Source: Thermodesulfobacteriota bacterium | GTDB taxonomy: Bacteria; Desulfobacterota; Desulfobacteria; Desulfobacterales; SURF-7 | NCBI GenBank assembly: GCA_049320885.1 | Contig: JBMORA010000009.1 | Coordinates: 192,001 to 256,000, forward strand | Direction: 5' to 3' | DNA length: 64,000 nt | Shown: positions 20,253-29,421 of the stretch, piece after piece | How positions within the stretch are numbered: the first letter of the stretch is position 1 | Layout of the letters: each line of letters starts with the position of its first letter | Program-made: the position numbers and the translations under genes | The notes under the pieces: model-generated | The model's database searches: none | Told to the model about the DNA's origin: nothing | What the model saw: only the letters and a program-made list of their open reading frames with translations

Positions 20253-21854
20253 TCAATCGGTGATGATGCCGTTGGCCCTGGCTTGTTTCACCAGGTCGAT
20301 CTCATCCCACCATTTTGCAACGCCGAAATCCGCGGCGATGGTATTGGCGCCGATGTATCCCGGCCCGCCGATGATCATGCCGCCGGGGTAGACACTGGCG
20401 CCGCAGACATAAAGCCCTTCCACCGGAGTGTGGCATCGGGAACAGGCGTCGTTGGGCCGGAAATATCCCATCTGGAGCGGCACATACGCTCCCTGTTTGA
20501 TGGAGCCGCGGACCATGTTGATGATCTTTTTTTCGATATAGGTGGGAGGATACACCAGGGTGTGAATCGGATCCAGATTGGGCGCGTACTGCTTCCACTG
20601 CTTCACGCATGATTCGGCGTAGGTCCATTTTTCTTTTTCCCAGTCATTTTCATAGGGCACCAGGCATTCCCAGCGGCCGGTGTGATATCCTTCCGGCGCC
20701 TGTATGGGGTCGAAGATCGAGGCGCAGGTGGTATGGCCGAAGAAGTTATTCCGGGGGACCTGCCCGCTTTCCAGGGCGGCGTGGTGGTCGAGCAGAACGT
20801 TCGTGTCGTCGATGCCCAGGAAGGTGATCATGGCCCGGTTGGCGTCGGCGCAGGATTCGGTCCCAATGTATTGCGGGGCCCGACGCAGGGCCAGGTGCGC
20901 CCCGAACAGGGTGATCTTCTCCCATTCCCATTTTCCTGCGGCGTTTCTTAATTCTTCCGGCAGTTCATCCGGTTCGAAAAATCGCAGGAAGGTCTGATGT
21001 GGGTCCACCGTGGAAGCCACGGCGGTGGCATGGATTTCCGTGCCGTCATCCAGTAGAACTCCCTTGATTTTTCCAGCATGACTAAGAATTTTGACTACCA
21101 TGGAGTCATCGGATATCGCGCCGCCGGCAGCCACGATGGATTTATGAATGGCCGAGGAAAGTCGATGGGAGCCGCCGCTGCAGAGGGCCGCCTGGGTCAT
21201 CCGGTAGACATACAGGGGAAAGATATAGCCCAGGGCTTCATGGGGTGAGAGCCCCCACATGGTAAACAGGTTCAAAACCGCGGCCTTGACCGGGTCGGAA
21301 AAATCGTACTGATTCAGAATCTCGATGGGTGGAAGCTCGGCGATTTCGTTGAACCGCCGTCCCACGTCGTCCCGGGCGTTGTTCAGGACCTGCACTTGTT
21401 CGACGGGCGGAATCGCCGGAACATAGGTCAGCGGAATCAGAATTTTTTCCGAATATTCCCGGAAATCACGGTACATGCGTCCATAAGCCTCGCCGTCCCT
21501 GGCGGAAAACGCAGCTCCGATGTACTCCGCCGTTTTCTTCGGGTCCCGATACAGGACCAGTGGGGCATGTTTTGTGGAAATATAGGCGGCCTGCACTTCG
21601 GGATAAATGAACCGGACACCCCGCTGCCGCAGGTTGAAATCCCGGTACACCGGCATCAGCTCCGCCATCATATGGTAGATGGCATGGGGGTTGTATTTGA
21701 ATCCGGCGAATTCCAGCGTATCCAGACCGCCGCCGGTTTCATGGCGGGCCTCCAGGAGAATGACCTTCAAACCGGCTCTGGCCAGATAGGCGCCGCAGAT
21801 CAGTCCGTTGGGACCGGCGCCGATGATGGCGACATCATATGTTTTGTCTTTCAT
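20253..21854 (-). CDS. Phytoene dehydrogenase-family FAD oxidoreductase (subunit-B-like)
   Basis: GAGPNG, EARHETGGG, GGSHRLS, GLYVCGASVYPGG. Confidence 0.88.
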   Translation of the reverse strand: MKDKTYDVAIIGAGPNGLICGAYLARAGLKVILLEARHETGGGLDTLEFAGFKYNPHAIYHMMAELMPVYRDFNLRQRGVRFIYPEVQAAYISTKHAPLVLYRDPKKTAEYIGAAFSARDGEAYGRMYRDFREYSEKILIPLTYVPAIPPVEQVQVLNNARDDVGRRFNEIAELPPIEILNQYDFSDPVKAAVLNLFTMWGLSPHEALGYIFPLYVYRMTQAALCSGGSHRLSSAIHKSIVAAGGAISDDSMVVKILSHAGKIKGVLLDDGTEIHATAVASTVDPHQTFLRFFEPDELPEELRNAAGKWEWEKITLFGAHLALRRAPQYIGTESCADANRAMITFLGIDDTNVLLDHHAALESGQVPRNNFFGHTTCASIFDPIQAPEGYHTGRWECLVPYENDWEKEKWTYAESCVKQWKQYAPNLDPIHTLVYPPTYIEKKIINMVRGSIKQGAYVPLQMGYFRPNDACSRCHTPVEGLYVCGASVYPGGMIIGGPGYIGANTIAADFGVAKWWDEIDLVKQARANGIITD

Positions 21855-21859
21855 CGCAT

Positions 21860-23572
21860 TCACCTCACTCCCAAGTTTTGCGGAATTTCGTTGATATGGT
21901 CGATGTACCATTCCAGGGCCTTATGGGTCCACCAGCTTTGGGACCGGACCCCGAAATCCTCGGCCACCTCGCTGGCGGCGATATAGCCGGAGCTGAGGCC
22001 GCTGTAACTGAACAAATGGATGGAATTGGACAGATAAAGGTTTTTCATGAAGGTCCGCGATCCGCCGCCTTTGAGGACTCCCTTGACCGGCCGGTTCATG
22101 TACCACTGGGAGGGTATCACGCTCCCTCCCAGCCAGTTTCCCAGGACCGCCGAAGGATTGTTCCGCTGCATGTCGAATGGCGTGTAAATGATCTGGTCCC
22201 TGATCAATTTCTTGAATCCCGGCGCATATTGCTCAAAGGTGTCCACCACCTGCTCCGCCATTCTTTCCTTGATGTCATCCCAGGCCGGCAGTCCGCTGAG
22301 AGCGCCGTGCTTCCAGGATTTCGGTTGCGGGGGCGCATCCAGCCACACAAAGGCGGTGTGGCAGCCTTTGGGGGCCTGGGTCGGGTCGGTGAGGGACGGA
22401 ACAAACCAGTTGGCCCGGATGTCCGGATGGATGATCCGGTTAACCAGATCCGCGTTGAAACTTCTCAGCGCCTCGGTGTCTTTCCCGCCGAAATATCCCG
22501 TGAAACATCGTTGAATGCCGTCGTCGTATTCCGCCGAAGCGAATTGGGGCGCCCCGTCCAAGGCCCAATATGTGGCAAAGAGATTTTGTTCGTTGTAATC
22601 GAATTGGTCGATCCGGGCGGCCATTGTTGCCCCGATATGGTCTTCCCTGATCAAATGGCGGAAGGTCGGAATCAGGGTCAGATTGCTGATAATCTTTTTG
22701 GCGGAAATGGTTTCCCCGGGAAAAACGGCATGGTCGCTCAGACGCACGCCTCCGGCCGCGCCGTTTTTGATCAGGATTTCCTTCACCGGGCAGCAGGGCA
22801 GGATTTTGGCGCCGAAAAACGTCGCCGCTTTCACCAGCGCATGGGTCAGGGCGTGGGAGCCGCCCTTGGTCTGATGCACCGGGAAAAACGGACCGCACAA
22901 CATGGTCAATAATGCCCCGGTGGAGCCCACATTCGGATGAATCGGCGGCATGCCCGCTATCCAGGTGAAGGATTGAATCAGCGTTCGAACGTATTCGGAT
23001 TCGAACAGAATGCCTGTCAAATCGAACCCGTTCATGTTCCAGATCTGCTTAAAGGTCAGGTCCACGTCACAAGCAGTCATGAGTTTTTCAATGACCTGTC
23101 CCGTGGATTTGAAATTTTCCTCGCTCGGCGCTGAATACAGGAAATCATGAAAGACTTTTTTTGTGTCCTCCATATTGTTCAGCATGTAATCTGCGGCCTT
23201 CATGAAGAATAGGGCGTCTTTTTCCGAATGCTTCTCCCAGCTGTTGAAAGTCAGCAGGGGATCCACTCCCATCAAAATATTTTTTCCGTTAAGAAATGTC
23301 TTGGCATAGCAATATTCCGTGGTGACATGCTCCAGGCCGAACCGGGATACCAGCTCCAGATCCTCGATGCAGGGACTCATGGCCTGAATCAGCCAGGTAG
23401 CGTGCAGGTTATGAACGAATCCCGGAATGCCTGGCTCTGTCGAATCGCAGTGGGCGCCGCATTCCCCTCTGGCTTCCAGAACCAGGGTTTTGAGGCCGGA
23501 TCGGGCCAGATAAGCAGCGGCGGTCAAGCCGTTGACGCCCCCACCGATGATGATGACATCGTAGTCCTCCAT
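21860..23572 (-). CDS. Phytoene dehydrogenase-family FAD oxidoreductase (subunit-A-like)
   Basis: GGGVNG, EARGECG, GGSHALTHAL, DPTQAP, NLYLS; paralogue of the adjacent gene. Confidence 0.88.
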   Translation of the reverse strand: MEDYDVIIIGGGVNGLTAAAYLARSGLKTLVLEARGECGAHCDSTEPGIPGFVHNLHATWLIQAMSPCIEDLELVSRFGLEHVTTEYCYAKTFLNGKNILMGVDPLLTFNSWEKHSEKDALFFMKAADYMLNNMEDTKKVFHDFLYSAPSEENFKSTGQVIEKLMTACDVDLTFKQIWNMNGFDLTGILFESEYVRTLIQSFTWIAGMPPIHPNVGSTGALLTMLCGPFFPVHQTKGGSHALTHALVKAATFFGAKILPCCPVKEILIKNGAAGGVRLSDHAVFPGETISAKKIISNLTLIPTFRHLIREDHIGATMAARIDQFDYNEQNLFATYWALDGAPQFASAEYDDGIQRCFTGYFGGKDTEALRSFNADLVNRIIHPDIRANWFVPSLTDPTQAPKGCHTAFVWLDAPPQPKSWKHGALSGLPAWDDIKERMAEQVVDTFEQYAPGFKKLIRDQIIYTPFDMQRNNPSAVLGNWLGGSVIPSQWYMNRPVKGVLKGGGSRTFMKNLYLSNSIHLFSYSGLSSGYIAASEVAEDFGVRSQSWWTHKALEWYIDHINEIPQNLGVR

Positions 23573-23602
23573 GGTGACTCCTTCCTGTTCCGTGTTATAT
23601 CG

Positions 23603-24004
23603 TTATTGCAGTGTGGTCGCCTGCATCGGCGGTTTGTACGAATCACCCGGCGTTCTCGCCAGAGTGGGGCGCTGGCGGCCTTTCATCATGCTGGCATAGG
23701 CGTCGTTCACTTTCGTTTCGATGTCATGCTCAATGGCGTCTTCATAGTTGTGGCGATGGACAAGGTAGAGGAGATATTTGTACAGATGCTTGCAGACCAG
23801 TTTGATGACGCCCCAGCTGAAGAAGATCTTCGTCAGTCCGGCGATATCCTCGGGACCGATGGTGATCTTGAATTCCCAGTTAACGGGGTCGGTAATTTTC
23901 CCGACGATATAGACGTCATCTTTTTCCGGGTCCCTTGCGACTTTATAGTATTTGAAATCCATGTTCAGTTCTGTTTTTCCCAACCCTCGTGACCATAATT
24001 TCAT
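23603..24004 (-). CDS. Hypothetical protein
   Basis: MKLWSRGLGKTE..., AGGAGG RBS before ATG 24004; tightly packed in the operon. Confidence 0.75.
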   Translation of the reverse strand: MKLWSRGLGKTELNMDFKYYKVARDPEKDDVYIVGKITDPVNWEFKITIGPEDIAGLTKIFFSWGVIKLVCKHLYKYLLYLVHRHNYEDAIEHDIETKVNDAYASMMKGRQRPTLARTPGDSYKPPMQATTLQ

Positions 24005-24051
24005 GGTTTCCTCCTGCAGCATGTTCACGGTTGATGATCCCGCTCGCCGGT

Positions 24052-24468
24052 TTACGCCAGAATGATTGACGCTTTACCCATTTCAGTCAGTTTTGCATTG
24101 TAATTCATCGCAAAGGTGCGCAGCAGGGGGGTCAATTTTAAGATGCGGGTCGCATTGCCTTCCAGCTTGATTTTTCGTTTGGCGATGGACACCATGACGT
24201 TCAATTTGTTCGACCATACCCGGTGGGCGTCGTCAGCGCTCAGGGTGAATTTGACATCCGGTTTTCCGGGCGGTTCACCGGCCCCGTAAGTCACTTTTCC
24301 TTCCCGGCTGTCGAACCAGATGGTGATGTCGGGATCTGAATAGCAGTAAGCCAGAAGGACATTGAGACCGGCCACTTTTGATTTGACGGCCTCATCGGCG
24401 AAGGTCTTGTCGAACATTCCCAGTATCGCCGTTGAAACTTCTTCCGTATTTTTCCAGAATTCGGACAT
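24052..24468 (-). CDS. SCP2 sterol/lipid-binding domain protein
   Basis: PDVKFTLSADDAHRVWSNKLNVMVSIAKRKIKLEG matches the SCP2 C-terminal pattern; GGAGG RBS. Confidence 0.8.
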   Translation of the reverse strand: MSEFWKNTEEVSTAILGMFDKTFADEAVKSKVAGLNVLLAYCYSDPDITIWFDSREGKVTYGAGEPPGKPDVKFTLSADDAHRVWSNKLNVMVSIAKRKIKLEGNATRILKLTPLLRTFAMNYNAKLTEMGKASIILA

Positions 24469-24505
24469 GATAAGCCTCCTTTACGGGGTTATGCCTAGGA
24501 CGATG

Positions 24506-26020
24506 TCAATTGTCGGCATTGCCGAGAAGGAACTGAAACCAGAAGCTCTCTTCCCGGGTTCGTTTGATATTGATGTGCACTGTCTTGATTTCAGTGAATT
24601 CATACAGACCTTCGAGTCCGCTTTCCCTGCCGATGCCGCTCTGTTTATAGCCGCCGAAAGGGAAATGCGGGTTCAGAATATGCCAGTCGTTGACGAAGAT
24701 GGTTCCGGCGCGGAGTTTCCGGGCCAGCCGGTTGGCCCGTTCGATATCGGAACTCCAGACGCCCGCCGTCAGTCCGTAGACCGAATCATTGGCCATGGCC
24801 ACGGCCGCATCCTCATCGTCGTAAGGAATGAGAGCGATCACCGGCCCGAAAATCTCTTCCCGGCAGATCGTCATTTCATGGCCGGCATCCGCAAACAGCG
24901 TTGGGGATACCCAGAAACCTTTTTCAAATTGCCGGCCTGCCGGTCCGCTGCCGCCGCACAACAGGCGGGCGCCTTCTTTCCTGCCTTGTTCGATATAGCC
25001 GAACACTTTCTGTTGTTGACTCCTGGAAATCAACGGTCCCACGTCCGTGACGGGATTGAGGGGGTCGCCGACCACGAGGGTGGCGGCCCGGCGGGCGATT
25101 AGATCGAGAAAATCCGGATACAGCCTTCGGGGGACATAGACCCGGCTGCCGGACATGCATACCTGGCCCTGATGAACCAGGCCGCCGAAAAGGACGCCGT
25201 CCGCCGTCATTTCCAGGTCGGCGTCATCGAGAACAAGGGCCGGATTTTTACCGCCCAGTTCCAGGGTCACCCGCTTCAAGTACCGGCCGGCCCGGCACAT
25301 GACTTCCCGGCCGACTTCCGTTGAACCGGTCATGCTGATTTTGTCCACCAGCGGATGCTCCACCAGGGCGTTGCCGGTCTCCGCCCCCGGCCCGGTCACC
25401 AGGTTGAAAACGCCGTCCGGCAGACCCAAGGATTCCAGCAGTTTCGTGAATTCCAGGAGGCTGAAGGAAGCCAGGGAGGACGGTTTGAGCACCACCGTGT
25501 TGCCGGCGATGAGGGCCGGAATCAGTTTCCAGGCTGCCAGAAACAGCGGGAAATTCCAGGGCACGATGCAACCGACCACGCCGATGGGTTCGCGGACCGT
25601 GTAATCCCAGTATAGAGCCGGAAAATCGGCCTGGGCCAGAGATCGCGGTTCTGCCAGGTATTCCGCCATTTCGGCGAATTTCTGGCTGTACAGGCCCACC
25701 AGGGGGACCACCATGCCTTCCGTGATGCGGATGGTCATGCCGGCGTTCATGGTTTCGCAGGTTGCCAGATGACTGGTGTGGGCGGCAACGAGTTCTTCCA
25801 GTTTGAAAAAATATTTCGCCCGTTCCCGTGGGTGCATCCCGCTCCATTCGCCTTTATCAAAAGCCCGCCGGGCCGCCTGCACGGCTGCATCCACATCGTC
25901 GCGGTCGCCGTGGGCCGCCCGGGCGATAATTTCTTCCGTGGCGGGATTCACCATGTGAAACGATTGTCCGCTTCTTGACCGTTCCCATTTGCCGTTGATG
26001 TAAAGTCCGTAGTCGTTCAT
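24506..26020 (-). CDS. NAD(P)-dependent aldehyde dehydrogenase
   Basis: PWNFP, TGSTEVG, LELGGKN, GQVC, EEIFGP, PFGGYKQSG; start ATG 26020 overlaps the ADH stop. Confidence 0.95.
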   Translation of the reverse strand: MNDYGLYINGKWERSRSGQSFHMVNPATEEIIARAAHGDRDDVDAAVQAARRAFDKGEWSGMHPRERAKYFFKLEELVAAHTSHLATCETMNAGMTIRITEGMVVPLVGLYSQKFAEMAEYLAEPRSLAQADFPALYWDYTVREPIGVVGCIVPWNFPLFLAAWKLIPALIAGNTVVLKPSSLASFSLLEFTKLLESLGLPDGVFNLVTGPGAETGNALVEHPLVDKISMTGSTEVGREVMCRAGRYLKRVTLELGGKNPALVLDDADLEMTADGVLFGGLVHQGQVCMSGSRVYVPRRLYPDFLDLIARRAATLVVGDPLNPVTDVGPLISRSQQQKVFGYIEQGRKEGARLLCGGSGPAGRQFEKGFWVSPTLFADAGHEMTICREEIFGPVIALIPYDDEDAAVAMANDSVYGLTAGVWSSDIERANRLARKLRAGTIFVNDWHILNPHFPFGGYKQSGIGRESGLEGLYEFTEIKTVHINIKRTREESFWFQFLLGNADN

Positions 26021-27087
26021 TCCGGTAGCACTCCGATTTTGATGACGCCGGCGGCGCGATCTTTCACCATGGCATAGGCGTCGATGATGTTTTTCAGGGC
26101 GACACTGTGAGTCCAGATCGACGCGAGGTCTATGCCGCCGTATTGGATCATGTCCAGGAGGCGCTGGAGCCGGTACCGGCCGCTGGGACACAGGGTGGTG
26201 ACGAAGCGCCGGTGATAGAAGGCATCCGGCACCATGGAATCGTGGGCCACCGGGATGGCCAGATCCCCGAATTCAAAACCGTACACCCCCAGGCTGGAGA
26301 TGGCCCCGCCGATTCGGGTGGCGGCAAAGGCCCCCCGAAGGGTTTTTTCCATTCCCACCGCCTCCACGGCGATGTTGACACCGAAGCCGTCGGTGAGATC
26401 GAGGATACGGTGGGCGGCATCGCAGTCACCGGGATCGACGACCACATTGGCGCCCATCTTCCGGGCCGTCTCGCGTTTGAAAGGGTCCGGGTCGACGGCG
26501 ATCACCAGCCCGGCGCCCATGGCCCTGGCCGCCGCAGTGACGCATAGTCCCAGGGAGCCCTGGGCGAAAATCGCCACGGAATCACCGACCTGGAAGGACG
26601 CCCGCTCCAGGACGCCGACGGCGGTGGAAAAAATATCCCCCGCCACGATGGCCTGCTGATCGCTTACCGAATCGGGTATCTTGCACATACTGAAAGGCGC
26701 AAAGGGAATCCGCACATACTCCGCCTGGCACCCGTCCAGAACGATGCCGTGCTGCACGCGCCCTTCGGGATTCAGGCAGGCGCTGGGATCACCCTGCTGG
26801 CAGCTCGCACAGCGGCCGCAGGACAACATGCAGGAAGGGACGACGCGATCACCGATTTGGAAATCCTCCACGCCGGAACCCATGTCCACAATTTCACCCA
26901 CCACCTCATGACCCATCACTACGTCCGGAATGGCCAGTTCGGCGGCATGCATATCCGTGCCGCAGATGGCGCATAGGCGAACTTTCAGAATCACATCCTC
27001 CGGTTCCCGAATAACCGGCACGTCGCGCTCTTCCAGAACAAGTACGTCCGGCTCCTTGCGTACACAGGCCAGCATCTTATCCGCCAT
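26017..27087 (-). CDS. Zn-dependent (MDR) alcohol dehydrogenase
   Basis: CGTD, GHE, CGRCASC...C structural Zn site. Confidence 0.93.
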   Translation of the reverse strand: MADKMLACVRKEPDVLVLEERDVPVIREPEDVILKVRLCAICGTDMHAAELAIPDVVMGHEVVGEIVDMGSGVEDFQIGDRVVPSCMLSCGRCASCQQGDPSACLNPEGRVQHGIVLDGCQAEYVRIPFAPFSMCKIPDSVSDQQAIVAGDIFSTAVGVLERASFQVGDSVAIFAQGSLGLCVTAAARAMGAGLVIAVDPDPFKRETARKMGANVVVDPGDCDAAHRILDLTDGFGVNIAVEAVGMEKTLRGAFAATRIGGAISSLGVYGFEFGDLAIPVAHDSMVPDAFYHRRFVTTLCPSGRYRLQRLLDMIQYGGIDLASIWTHSVALKNIIDAYAMVKDRAAGVIKIGVLPE

Positions 27088-27242
27088 GTTGTTACCTGCC
27101 TTTCTCCATTGCCGGTCTTCTCCCGCTATCTTTCCGACGGCAGCGTCGCCGCTGTTTCGCTAAGCAGGATCAACCGGCTTGACATTCCTGATGAATCCGT
27201 TTTAAGGAAGAAACACTGTTTTGAATGAGTTACGAGTGTATT

Positions 27243-27259
27243 ATCAAGTTTTGTGCCAA
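27243..27259 (-). promoter_or_regulatory. sigma54 promoter of the ADH...ligase operon
   Basis: Minus strand TTGGCAC-AAAAC-TTGAT (GA variant at -12); divergent sigma54 activator adjacent. Confidence 0.7.
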
Positions 27260-27454
27260 CCAGTTCCGGGAGACGTTTCAAGGTATCCGAACGCTTGTTG
27301 GCTGCGGAAAGGCGATCCATTCCGGGCAGGTGGAGCTTCCAACGACCGCGCGGGAATACCCACGATATTTCGCGGAACCGTTATATGTCGCCGTGGTCTG
27401 GGGGCGTTTTTGGATCAACCGAAGGAATTTGGGTTCGCCTGAAGGAGTTTTTGA

Positions 27455-29098
27455 TTGGAAAACCGGGATATCCGAATGCCACTGGAGACTCATGATGGGC
27501 GCCGGCCGGAACCGGTCGGCGATTTTTCATGGTCGGAACGCTTTCGTTTTGAGGAACTGCTTACCACCATTTTTGCCGCCTTTATCCATGTTCCCACCAA
27601 CGAGATCGATCAAAAAATCAATCATGCCCTGCATTCCATCGGCCGCTTTCTGAACACGGACCGCTGCAACCTGTTTCAGTTTGATGAGCAAACCAACCGG
27701 TATGTAAGCACCCACAGTTGGGCCAGGCAGGGTGTTCCGCCGCTGCCGCAGGGAATCAAGGATACAGAAGCGCCTTGGATGAGCAGCCAGTTGCTGAATC
27801 TGCAGATCGTGCATTTTCGTTGTCCGGAGGAACTGCCGGAAGAGGCGGATATCGATAGAGCCTTGGCCTGGAAATACGGGGTCAAATCCATGTTGATGTT
27901 TCCTCTGGCGGACAGCCAGATGGTATTCGGGGGTCTCATGCTGGACCAGGTTTCAGCGGAGCGTTCCTGGGGCGAGGAGCTGATTCTGCGGTTGAAGATC
28001 GTTGCGGACGTGCTTTCCAGCCTGTTGATCAAGCGGCGTTCGGACGAAAAACTCCAGCAGGCTTTTTTAGAGATCAACCAGTTGAAGGACCGGATTGAAA
28101 GTGAACGCAATTACCTGAGGGAGGAGATCCAGCAGGAGCACAACTTTAAAAACATCATCGGCCGCAGCCCTGCCCTGATGCAGGCCATTCACCAGGTGGA
28201 ACAGGTCGGGCCCACCGACACGACAGTCCTCATCCTGGGAGAAACGGGGGTGGGCAAGGAACTCTTCGCCCGGGCCATTCATCAGAAGAGTCCGCGCAGC
28301 CATGCGCCGCTGATCAAGGTCAATTGCGCAAGTCTGCCGGCGAATCTGATCGAGAGCGAACTGCTGGGGCATGAAAAAGGAGCCTTTACTGGCGCCCACA
28401 GCCGGCGGAAGGGACGTTTCGAGCTGGCCGACGGCGCCACCCTTTTTCTGGATGAAATCGGCGAGCTGCCGCTGGAAACCCAGGGGAAATTGCTGACAGT
28501 GCTGGAATACGGCGAATTCGAGCGGGTGGGGGGGGCCAGCACCATTACGGTGGATGTGCGGATCATTGCGGCGACCAACCGGGATCTGGAAAAGGCCATC
28601 CGGGAGGGACGCTTCCGTTCGGACCTGTGGTACCGGTTGAACGTTTTTTCCATTACGGTGCCGCCCCTGCGGCAGAGAGCGGCGGACATCCCCTTGCTGG
28701 CGAACTGGATGCTCAATAAATTTTGCAAGCGCCTGGGGAAGCAGGTGGACAAAATTCCCCTGAAAACAATCCGGGAGCTGGAGGCCTATTCCTGGCCGGG
28801 GAACGTGCGGGAACTGCAGAATGTCATCGAGCGCTCGGTCATCAATGCAAACGGCGACAGGTTATATCTTGCCGAGAAACTGAACCTGTCTCTTCCCGAT
28901 CCGGTTTCCTCGCAGCCCCATCTGCCCATGGCCTCCACTAAAACCCTGTCGGAAATCGAAAAAGACTACATCGTTTCCATTCTGAAGAAAACCCGCTGGA
29001 AAATTGAGGGAAGCCGCGGCGCAGCGGTCCTGCTCGGATTGCCTCCGAGCACGATCCGTTCGCGGATCAAGAAGCATGGAATCCTGCGTCCCTGGTAG
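27455..29098 (+). CDS. GAF-domain sigma54-dependent transcriptional activator (FhlA-like)
   Basis: N-terminal GAF, GETGVGKE, GAFTGA, LDEIG, WPGNVREL, C-terminal HTH. Confidence 0.95.
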   Translation: MENRDIRMPLETHDGRRPEPVGDFSWSERFRFEELLTTIFAAFIHVPTNEIDQKINHALHSIGRFLNTDRCNLFQFDEQTNRYVSTHSWARQGVPPLPQGIKDTEAPWMSSQLLNLQIVHFRCPEELPEEADIDRALAWKYGVKSMLMFPLADSQMVFGGLMLDQVSAERSWGEELILRLKIVADVLSSLLIKRRSDEKLQQAFLEINQLKDRIESERNYLREEIQQEHNFKNIIGRSPALMQAIHQVEQVGPTDTTVLILGETGVGKELFARAIHQKSPRSHAPLIKVNCASLPANLIESELLGHEKGAFTGAHSRRKGRFELADGATLFLDEIGELPLETQGKLLTVLEYGEFERVGGASTITVDVRIIAATNRDLEKAIREGRFRSDLWYRLNVFSITVPPLRQRAADIPLLANWMLNKFCKRLGKQVDKIPLKTIRELEAYSWPGNVRELQNVIERSVINANGDRLYLAEKLNLSLPDPVSSQPHLPMASTKTLSEIEKDYIVSILKKTRWKIEGSRGAAVLLGLPPSTIRSRIKKHGILRPW

Positions 29099-29149
29099 GA
29101 TGGCCGGTCGTGCATCCCGGTGGGCAAACAAGCGACAAAATCCGCGCCT

Positions 29150-29419
29150 TCACCCCCACATGGTTCGAAACCCTTTTCCGCCGGCCGGCCATTCAAATAC
29201 GATTGCTCCCGGCTCGCAAACATACCAGCAGGCACCGCACTCCATGCATTTTTCCAGGCTTTTGATGAAAGCCTTTTTGTCCCGCAGCGCAAAGCAACCG
29301 CCTAGACAGACCTTCAGGCAATTGCCGCAGCCGATGCAGCTATCGCTGGCGATCCGGATAAACTCGCCGGTGTCTGCCACCCATTCGACGCCCGGTATCT
29401 CGGCAAACTGTTGTACCAT
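29150..29419 (-). CDS. FixX-like 2x[4Fe-4S] ferredoxin
   Basis: CIGCGNC...C and CMECGAC...CE, WPAGGKG tail; start ATG 29419. Confidence 0.85.
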   Translation of the reverse strand: MVQQFAEIPGVEWVADTGEFIRIASDSCIGCGNCLKVCLGGCFALRDKKAFIKSLEKCMECGACWYVCEPGAIVFEWPAGGKGFRTMWG

Positions 29420-29421
29420 GA

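Noticed and set aside
20253..23572. Carotenoid biosynthesis cluster
   Set aside because: No phytoene or GGPP synthase nearby; the neighbours are catabolic enzymes.
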